From Phoronis australis (taxonomy: Eukaryota; Animalia; Phoronida), in NCBI GenBank assembly GCA_002633005.1, contig NMRA01000129.1, positions 28,133 to 92,132 on the forward strand: a stretch of DNA of 64,000 bases, read 5' to 3'. How positions within the stretch are numbered: the first letter of the stretch is position 1; each line of letters begins with the position of its first letter. The position numbers and the translations under genes were made by a program. The notes under the pieces are model-generated. The model had not been told where the DNA came from. It made no database searches and saw nothing but the letters and a program-made list of their open reading frames with translations. Of this stretch, positions 50,801 to 60,815 are shown piece after piece.

Positions 50801-53800
50801 TTTTTGGTGTCGATTTTCTCTGATTGGATTTCCAGTTTCCTCTTTTTATGATTTTTTCGACTTCATTAAATGTTTAGTTCAGGTAAATTTTACATCCAAA
50901 AATGTCTATCACCCAAACCTATTTTTTGTGTATCATACATCAGCTGGAAATTTCTCCGCTGTTTTTGTTATTGCTCATTCCAAGCTCTGCTTATTTTTCG
51001 TGAAGTAACTAGAATGGATTTCATAACATACCAGTTTATTGTACTGGATTCTTCTTGGGTTTATCAACTGTAAACTAACACTAATAGGAGCATAGGATAA
51101 TAGCCACCTGTCTTAAGTTCGCACAAAAGTAGAGTACAAAATTCCAAACGTAATTTCGAGTTCCAATTCCTGTAAAAAGATCAATGACAGGGCCCAGGTA
51201 TCAATTCCGGTATTTTTGGCACTTAATCGTGTTTGAAAGTGTTGTACTGTGTTTGGAAATTTGTTTGAAAAGCTTTTTTTTTTCTGCTGAACAGCGTATG
51301 ACCTTACTGGATTTAAGGGCCCCACCAGAGCATTTATTAGTGTGCCCTCCACTCATTTCCAATGTTCTATGTATATCAAATGCTTTGAGATGCCAGCAGG
51401 GTAGTATTCTGCATGCAGCTTTGTTGACCATTGTGGTCAGTGAGAATGTCCTACTCACATGTGTATGAATGCATAGTGTGTGCACCTCATTCATGTACCA
51501 CACCAGTATTGCCTGTGTGGTTATGGAAATGTGTAAGCTGCTTGTGTTGTATGGGCATTGTTGAGCTTGAAATGCTAGTTTTACTCCTATAAAACTAGGG
51601 ATGTATTTATTGCGACATGTCTCCGTTATTGTTGTTACTAGTTTATTGCTTAACCAGTGTATCTATTTTGAATATTCTTCAAGCCTTGGATGACTGATCT
51701 TTTCAGTTTAGGATAGTTATTGTTTGCATCCCAAGAAATGAATTACATACTGTCTTTTTTAGTATTTTTATTCAGTGACTCCTGGTGTGGTTTTGAAAAT
51801 GGTTGTTTTTTAGGCTGAAATGCAGATTTTTTACCAAGTTCTGCAATGACCCTGTCATTTCCACATGGTTATCTTGAAAAGCAAATTCTTGTATACATAT
51901 TATTGTCATCTTGTGAGGTGTGCAATTTATTGCGGTTTTCAGTGACTGGTTCCACCAGGGATAGCAGTATTGTGCACCTACCGGTACTTTGCTCAAACCC
52001 ATGTTTCATATTATTATATTGATAACTTTTCCTCGTGAAGGTAGTGATCTCAGCAGTTATATCACTTATGGTGTTTTGTCAAGTAGTAGAACCTTGTACT
52101 GCTATGACACAAATTTTGAAGGTTTCTATGTTGTAGTTAAGTCCCACTTTAAATATTTTGCTCACCATGTGAGTTATTGTTTACATGGAGGGATTCATAC
52201 TTATGGATGATCTCATCAGGGATTGCATGTAACACTATTTGGGTGTGTATATTTGTTACATGTTCATTGTATAAAGTGTATTGTTTATATTGCAGAGTTT
52301 ATAATTGTTAGTTAAAAAGATTTCGGTAGGTTATCTCAACAGTGCTTAGTGCATGTTTTGCTCATCCTGTGAAATGTAATATTTATACTGAAGAGTTTAT
52401 CATCGCTAGTGCCTGTGTCCCTTATTGCTTTTCCCATAGTATGAACAACTAGTCATGTTAACGTTTGAAATTCTCATGTACAATATATATTACACTATTC
52501 CGAAATCTTACACTTATTTTCATTGCCCAAGCACTAATCTGAAGAGTGGCCTACTAGTTATGTGGAATGCGCACAATGCATTGTTAAAGCGAGGTGATCG
52601 TATGCCGCTGGGTTTTTGTTTTCTTACTCTTTGTGAACGCAGTGCCTGTAATTCGCATTTATTCCTAAGTTTATGCAATCATTTTAAATTACAAAACATG
52701 AAACCCTGGGAACCGGTGGGGCAGTTAAATTTTGACATCGACAATATATACGTGTCATTTGAAGTAGTAGCCCGTTGTAGGGTGCCACGACCAAAAATAT
52801 GGGTACACATCACATGTTTAACCACAAACAACAAGTGAAAGAGTTACTTTTTCAGGTAAGCGACGCGTTGCGCGCTTTGGTTGTTTTTGTCCGTTTTAGG
52901 TGGCAAGTGGCGCTTTTTTCTTTGACGATTTCGCTGAGGTACGTTTCAGAAAATCGTACTGTAGGCCTAAGTCATTTTTTCTGTGCCAGTTCATTTAGGT
53001 ACACAGCAACTGAAAAAATGGATAAATCACGTCATTTTAAATCTCCATATCGCTCCGTTATGGCCACTTCGACTTGGATGGATTTTGGCTCTTTCAAACA
53101 CTCCTCCATGCTCTATTTTTTGAAGTTCGTTAACGAAAACGCGTACCAGGATGTAAGGTTCGTGCCCTCCCCCTCGAGTTTTAGTTGGTAATTTTGACAT
53201 GAAGATGATGGTGATATTTATGCGTTCCTTGACGAGAATTCCAGCAAGTCAAGTTTTGCCTAATTCAGCTTTTCATTCATTTTTATACCGTGTATGGTCG
53301 CTGGCAAAATAAGATACCATCAAGATTTTAGTCTAGATGTTTCCTAACTCGATTTTTAGCCATAACACTGAGCGCGCAAGAGAAGACGGAACATATTTGC
53401 GACGTTTCGTTTACTCAAAGTTAATGAGCCTAAACGTCAGAAAATATTTGTTTTCTCTTTCTCGCTTATAATGATTTTCAAGGGTTTCCGTTATTCAATT
53501 TCGGCAAGGTCGTCGCTTTCTCGCAAAACTACCGATTGGATGATCAATTACGCACTTATTTACTCTCCGTTTTAACGTTGATCATCGTCAATACACCTCC
53601 AAAAATTGCACATCGTCTTTGCGCAAACTACATTGAGATTTAAGTCTCCCGAAAAAAGTTGACGATCGGATAGTGTTTAAAAGTCTAATTCTAAATTTCT
53701 CCAGTTAGTGCACAAATGAAGTAAAAGAAAGTAGTTCTGCTTGTCGCGTCAGCTGTTGGTATCATTATCTCGATTTATGACCCACAACGCGTGACTGGAC

Positions 53801-54076
53801 AAAGCCTTTTCAATTTAGCCGGTGGAGCGTGAGACCCCTGAGGTCCCAATCGAGTCCTCACGACAACTTCGCGTTATGATTTGAAGAAAGGTCTAGCCCT
53901 CTTTTCGTTTTAGCCACCTAAACACGGCAAGTGTAAACGGCATTAGTGGACTCAGTTCTACATGTACAATGTAAATTAGTGGAGTGCCATCTACTTTTTG
54001 TCTAAGAAGTAATCTACTACGGACTAGAGTCCAGGCGCTATGCCGCGGCTATGCATGTTTACATTACATGTTGCTA

Positions 54077-57000
54077 CATAGGCGGATTTAGGGGGGGGGC
54101 AGGTAGCCCCCCCCCCCCTGGCTGCCGTAAGCAAAAATGGAACGGCAACAGCGTGAAGCGCGAGGAAATATTTACTAAGCAACTAGGACGAGGAGAAGTG
54201 GGTTCCCCAGATCCGGTCCACATACCCGGCTCCCGCAACTTTGGGCCTGCGCTGCACATACAATCGCACTTTACATCACCAGAAATTCGTGAACTAGGCC
54301 ATCCGCAAGGTGGCGATCGTCGTGTGAGTGTTAGCCAATCACAGCCTAGGTCAGAGGTCAGTTCTCTTGTTTTGCTATTTACACTCACGAAGGAGGTGAT
54401 CGACAAGAATTGAAATTAACTTGAAAGTTTGGTGGAATGTGATATTGATATCACAGAATCTAAACTACCGAAGCACGTCGAGACTGTGGGCGAGGAATTT
54501 CGGCAAGGTGAACGTGTCAAAGCTTGAGGAAAATCGAAAACAGTGAGTATAAACATGCCAGGCGTAGCTGGTGTAGCGGCACAGCTCAGCTGATTCAGTG
54601 ACTGACCAGCCGAGTTGTTGCTGCACACAATTACTTAATGATTATACTGTCGATTTATTGTTAACTATTTTATAGTTGCAATGGTCTGTGATACACTGTA
54701 TGTGTTTCAATGTTTGCCTTTTTATGTCTGTTACACTTTCCCACTCAACGACTTCATTTCTGCACGTATGTACAATGTAGGCCTACTATTGAACTTGCAA
54801 AACAAGCACAGCTGTGTGACCTCAGTCCTCATGCAGGCTGTGTCATAAGGTCAGCATTATGGCATTGTGCAGCAAAACAACTTAATTTCCATTCAGACTA
54901 ACAAAATGCCGATGTGGTTGATTTAGTCTATAAATCTGGAGATTCTGCTGCTGATACGTTGCTTTTATTTTTAGGGTGGCTGGACATTTAGCTTACATAT
55001 ATTCGCCAGAGAGACCGCAGTTGGGAAACAGAGTGCCTTTAACACCAGACTTCACCCCTCTGTACACCAAGCTATTGCTCCCTCTCAAAATCAAGAGGCG
55101 GTGAAAAAGAGCACTTTTTGCAGTATTGTAGTGACCATTGGTAGATGATTCCAATCTTAGCCTTAGGGTAAAGTCGGTATTATCCCAACACTATATTCAT
55201 TGCATGCAGGGCTCGACATAATTAAGCGTGTACAAAAAGATGCTCGAAAATACAATAAAAAATTTAAGTATGAATGGGAAATTGACCTCACTTGTACAAT
55301 CTAACAGGCACGGAGGGGACGTTCAGCATTTTTTAGGTCGTCACTTTTTGCGAGTCCAAATACGGGAATACGAGTGCAGAATATGCGGTCACTCGTACGT
55401 ATTTTCGAGCAGGCATTTTCGTCTGTGTCGAGGGCTGGCATGAATATATTTGTGTTATTTTTTATTTTTTAGGTGCATCAGATGTCATCTATGACACCGT
55501 GCAAAAGTTAGAGTTGTATGGAAGTAGTGCTGATATATTTTAAACTAGATTTTATTTTGTTACTTGATCTCTTATGATTATTTTCACATGTGTTGAAATT
55601 CCGTTATTGCATGCTTGGTGTTGTTTTTTAGAAAAAATTATCATACGCCAACATTCAACTAGAAAACATAAAGGAAAGGGTTCCTCGTGGTAGAAATTTG
55701 TAACATTTGCATTTTTTGTATTCATTTATGATGTTCATTTCGTGCTAAGTGATGTTGCTGTTTTCACAACAATCTGTTATTGCATTCAAACGTGTCATAT
55801 GAACTAGCTAAATCTTCCATTCTAGTCATTTACTATTTAAATCTGAACTTAAACAGCTATTTAAAGCGGCATTGGTGGCATTTTGTATGTTTATCGTTAT
55901 AAAAAATAAAGTTTTAAACAAAAATTACTCATTTGTTTTTTTCTGGCTACTATATGAACTACTGTTTCTGTTGCTGGAAAGTGCATTCCATAATATTCAC
56001 TTGTACATTTACCGACGCAATCTGTTTTGAAACCAAACTTTACACTTCATAAGTGGATTTAGGCTTCCCTTTCGCACACGATAAAAATGTTAGCGACATG
56101 TCGTTTTCAGTTCCTGAAATCCTGAGCCATTTCTAATACCTACTACTGATTCAGGAATGATAAAATTTCGTAACATATTATTTATCTGTACACTCACCAG
56201 CACAATGTGTTTAGAAACCAAATGCAGGTGCGAATCCAGTTTTTTTAAAAAAGGGGGTCCAAGTCAACAATTCGAAAATTCTAGATTTTACATAACTAAA
56301 ATCAAGGGAAAATGGGATCCGGATCTGCCAATCGAACTGTGACGGTACGCTGCATCGGTGGATATAGGGGTCCAAGGGGGGCCAGGGCTCCCTCATTCTG
56401 CACATGATAAAAAACGGCACCGACATGTCGTTTTCAGGGATCTCACGAGGGTTTTCCTACAAAAATTGACGTCACGCCCCTTGCAAGGCTATTATGAAGG
56501 TTTATCCTTCGGAAATTGAGGTCGGGGGCCCCCATCATCATATAATTCCATGGCGGATATCCGTCTATGAGTTCCTTTTTTAATAAATGTGATACCTTCA
56601 ACACAGCATAAATTAATAAAAACAGCAATAAAATGTTAAAAAGAACTAGTACAACCTTAACCTAGCTGCGTCTCATGTAGTGCTCTACATGCAATAACTT
56701 CAGAATTCAATTTTTTTTTAGCAAAATACATGACCGACTGCTTCTTGTTGCACTACTGGGAATGNNNNNNNNNNNNNNNNNNNNNNNNNNNNNNNNNNNN
56801 NNNNNNNNNNNNNNNNNNNNNNNNNNNNNNNNNNNNNNNNNNNNNNNNNNNNNNNNNNNNNNNNNNNNNNNNNNNNNNNNNNNNNNNNNNNNNNNNNNNN
56901 NNNNNNNNNNNNNNNNNNNNNNNNNNNNNNNNNNNNNNNNNNNNNNNNNNNNNNNNNNNNNNNNNNNNNNNNNNNNNNNNNTGTATTTCTGTGGGGGAAT

Positions 57001-57114
57001 AGTTAGCTGCTGGCTGCGCATGCGCACTGCCTATGTCAGATATTTCTGGCGTTGACGACCCGATTCCGAGACAACTTGTTGGGCCCCCCTTATGGTATCC
57101 TAGATCCGCCACTG
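54077..57114. mobile_element. About 3-kb CA...TG element with 5-bp TSD TGCTA (spans the assembly gap)
   Basis: TGCTA|CATAGGCGGATTTAGGGGGGGG ... CCTAGATCCGCCACTG|TGCTA. Same termini as 7928-8249 and 15496-16484. Confidence 0.8.
56765..56981. other. Assembly gap (217 N)
   Basis: Run of N. Confidence 0.99.
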
Positions 57115-58562
57115 TGCTACCGGTCTCTTGAGCGTGGTTTCTCCAGGCATGGGTTTCGTAGATTTGCGGAGTGCGAGAACCTTGCGAAAACTCAAGATCA
57201 CTGACACAAGACTTCGCTGATATCGCTATGTAGGGCCTATAACAAGCGAGTATGAGACTAGCTTCTTTTGCGAGTCTTGACGTATGGGGAACTTATATCC
57301 CAGGGGCACGTTTCAAGGGACTGGCTTACAGTGTAAGTTCATTTTTACTTAAGACTAAAATTTGTTTTAACTTCCAAACTTTGAAACTTCCACGTCCGGT
57401 AAGTTAGTCAAACGCAAGATCTCATTCTTGAAATGGACTTGGAACAAATTTAAGTTTTATCGTAAAATTTCTGAAATTCAAGTTATTCTTAGCTAATCAG
57501 TTTTCTTGGATCTGGCCCCAGGAACACCTACCCTCACGGTGACAACGCCACCTAATATGTGGATGTGGAAAACAATAGTGAAGGATTGCAGTTTTGCTTC
57601 CGCTTATGTTAAGAGGTTAAATAAACATTTGCTGTAGATTCGTCCAATGAAAATTACATGCATGAATACTGATGTAGTTATCAAATCCCATGCCATTGTT
57701 GTATTCGGAATAAAAAAGTGGCTGAAGCTGGTGCTCGTATTTATAACTACTATGTAAGAAACTCGGCGCTTTTCATTCATTTTCTGGAAATTCAATGCGT
57801 CTATTTGAAATAGCTGTTGTTTGAATCACAAGGAAATAACATTTGGTATTTTTAGTGAATAACTCTGGCTTTGCTCGACACCTGAGACAACAGACGGCAA
57901 AGGAACATGCCAGCATCAATGTGCGTATGCTGGGTGCCAAGACTTGCGGCTCGCGAGTAACGACAATAAGGACCCGCGAAGATGATGTTCCAAATTCTCA
58001 GATCTTTGTTAATTGTTTTTTCCTTCTCCCAAAATCCCAAATCTTATTTTTTGAGAGTTAAGAGGTCTGGTGAATGAGAATTTTCAAGTCGCCTGTTTTT
58101 TGGGTTGTGATGGCAAACGAAATTGTTTTGAAAGTAATGTGAAAGTTGATTGCGTAAAAACTTGTAGTATATTTTCAAGAAGCATATACCAAGCGTGCCT
58201 CCAAGCAGAAGTATTTTTGAAATTTGCATGTTGTATTTGCAAAATATTGTGATTATTATTAAATACCCACTTCGTGATACATCAAGTACCTGAGTATAGA
58301 TCAAGAAGCAGTAAATCGTAGTGCGGCAGGGCAAATAAGGGCAGTTGTTTCTCGAGTACGTCACAGACTTGTGAAACTTTTGTTCCCATCACTGAGAATA
58401 CATGTATGTTCTGACCAGGATGAAGACTCGTTAAACGTTATGCCCAACTAGAGCTTTAATGTTTAATAAAAGTTACATTTTGACTTGTTATACTAAATAC
58501 CTTCAGCATTCATTTTTTTATTTTTTGGCAATGGGAATGGGGTTAGGATGTACATTAGATTT

Positions 58563-58807
58563 CATGTGCGCACCCAGCCTTCAATATGGGGGCTCGAATT
58601 TTTTACCTCGTGGACATTTTGGTAACAAAAAGGCCGGCGGACTAAAAAAATAAAAATCGGGGCCACTACTGTGAATTGCGCGTTTGTGCTTGTTTAGTGG
58701 ACTTTTGTCTCATTTTTGTTTCTCAGAGGCGGACCTTTTTGCCCACGTCGCCAAGTGGGGGGGGCTCGTTCGAGCCTCCCGAGCCCGGCCCCCTGGGTGC
58801 GCGCATG
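58563..58807. mobile_element. CATG-ended MITE (same family as 26684-26951)
   Basis: CATGTGCGCACCCAG ... CTGGGTGCGCGCATG. Flanks GATTT/GTTTT. Confidence 0.72.
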
Positions 58808-59029
58808 GTTTTGCATTTTCTTACTTTTTCAGGTTTCAGTTAGCTAATATGAATCGAATACCATAAAATCTTGCTAAATAGGCACTTTTTATGCCAAATA
58901 GTGGCAACTTTTTTAATTTTGAAGAAAAATTACTTATTTCTAAGTTTCCCGCCAAATGATTCAATGAGTGGAAGACGGCTGGCCGCTTGACAATCATTTG
59001 CAATGTCGTAACACTGCAGGTCAGAAGAC

Positions 59030-59345
59030 AATGACAATATTAGGCGAGAATTGGACAAGTATTATGCAGACAGAGAGGAGAGTGGATACGGGCACTTATA
59101 CTCAAGTACTTGAAGAATCACTGCAGACAATGAATTCGATTTCCCATTTAGCGAACTTTCGTCGGGTTTCAGGCCGTATGAACTCGACCCACTTGCACGA
59201 GAAATGGCATATGTGAGCCACAACCAACTCTACCAAGTGGTGGTCACTACTCACAAAATTGACACTTAATAATTACTGACAAAGGCCACAGCCAACCTGG
59301 GTTACTCGTATTCACTATTGCCGTGATGGAATGAGCACAGTCTAA
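59030..59345. repeat. Dispersed repeat, copy 2 (inverted relative to 3550-3870)
   Basis: AGGCCGTATGAACTCGACCCACTTG…CCTGGGTTACTCGTATTCACTATTG…GGAATGAGC. Confidence 0.8.
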
Positions 59346-59479
59346 ACACAATATGCATAAGCCTACTTGTAGTAGCACTCGATCTGGGTCGGGGTCCAGG
59401 GCCTGGCATCACTCGCTCTAGAATGGAAACAGTTTGTTCGTTATTTACAAAATTTGCAAATGCACTTACTTGGTCGGTG

Positions 59480-59959
59480 AGTCCTTCATTGTAACGCCGC
59501 TTATGTGTGTGGTCGAAACACGATTCTTTGAAATATGCCGATCAAAGTGTGGCTTACGCCAAACTGAATCTCATGTTCCACACTGACACTCCACACTCTT
59601 GTGCGCCGCCCATGACAAACCGATGCCATTTTTGTGCAACTTTCACGTATTTAGGAAATTTGAACACTAAGACGTTCACAGTCAAGTTGTTGTTACCACA
59701 GTTTCCACAAACGCACCTTTTCATGTCTGAAAAAGACGGCTCCACGCGGACTTTCTTCACAACTCCTCAGTATCGCACTGGTAAAACAACAACGGCTGAG
59801 GCGGTCTTCCATCCATTGCGTACAAACTCGACTACAGAAAAATATATTTTTAAAATTTTCAGATTGTTTCGTAGCAACAGGTGTATTAAAGGCTATTAAA
59901 TCTGTTAAGAGGTAATAATAAAATTCCTTTTTGAGACACAGGGTTATGGTGGGAACTCT
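59480..59959 (-). mobile_element. Kolobok-like transposon 5' end with THAP remnant
   Basis: Minus strand TTAA|AGAGTTCCCACC terminus. From ATG 59724: MKRCVCGNCGNNN…VFKFPKYVKVAQKWHRFV…ATL*SAYFKESCFD (decayed CxxHF). Confidence 0.72.
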
Positions 59960-60585
59960 TTAAGGACAATTCTAAAACAGTGTAACTGTGTCTGATGGCT
60001 TACATGATTTCGGTTTCGTTGTGACCGACAGATGGCTGCAGTCACGGAAGTATAGAATTTTCAGGTTGCGTAGCGGTCATCATTGTGTATATACTCGTAG
60101 TTTATTTCCTTGTTTGTCGAGAAATCTCCATTTACTTCAGCTGCAATTAATTTTAACACGACTTTTCAACGTTACTACACAACTGCAATTACTTCGATCG
60201 TCATCTTGAATTGTTATCGGCAACACGGTTTACTCCGTAGGTCATCTTCTCTCTGGGAATTCTCAAATATTTTTCGGTCGGCACTTCTGTTCATTTATTT
60301 TTAGTTTTTATCATTTTTTGTTATAAAAACATCGAAATGGAGCCTATATCACTGTTTACAATATAAACACATCCGTTTGTTACGCCACTCTATATACGTA
60401 CAAGTAGACGGGGTAAATCGTACAATTTGTTTTGGCAAAAGAGAGAAATAACTCAAAACATGAGCCACGTTTTTCATGCCCACATGCGCGAAAGTCTGAC
60501 TCTTGCTAAAAATCAGGTGCAGCCCGCTCTCAATGTTTGATAGAATCTTTATCAAACAAATGCACTACACTTGCACGATGAACTA

Positions 60586-60756
60586 TTCCCGGAAACGTAA
60601 GCTCAGTATCTTATCGCGAACATTAAAAATACTTGTGAACACTGTCACGGGTCAAGAAATTTTCGCTAGTGGCTGATCGAGAACGTTACTGACGTCACTG
60701 CTTAACAGCTTCACTTGAGTGACGGCAATTGACGTTGCCCGGAATCCACTATAAAT
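60586..60756 (+). promoter_or_regulatory. Core promoter of GT4 gene 2: STAT/GAS site, CRE and TATA box
   Basis: TTCCCGGAA at 60586-60594, TGACGTCA at 60690-60697, TATAAAT at 60750-60756, ATG at 60816. Confidence 0.55.
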
Positions 60757-60815
60757 AAACGAGCGTTTGAACAGTGGACACACTGTCGGCTTTGTGGGAT
60801 CAATAGGTTAACACT

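Noticed and set aside
56707-57112. ORFs containing X runs
   Set aside because: Artefacts of the N gap.
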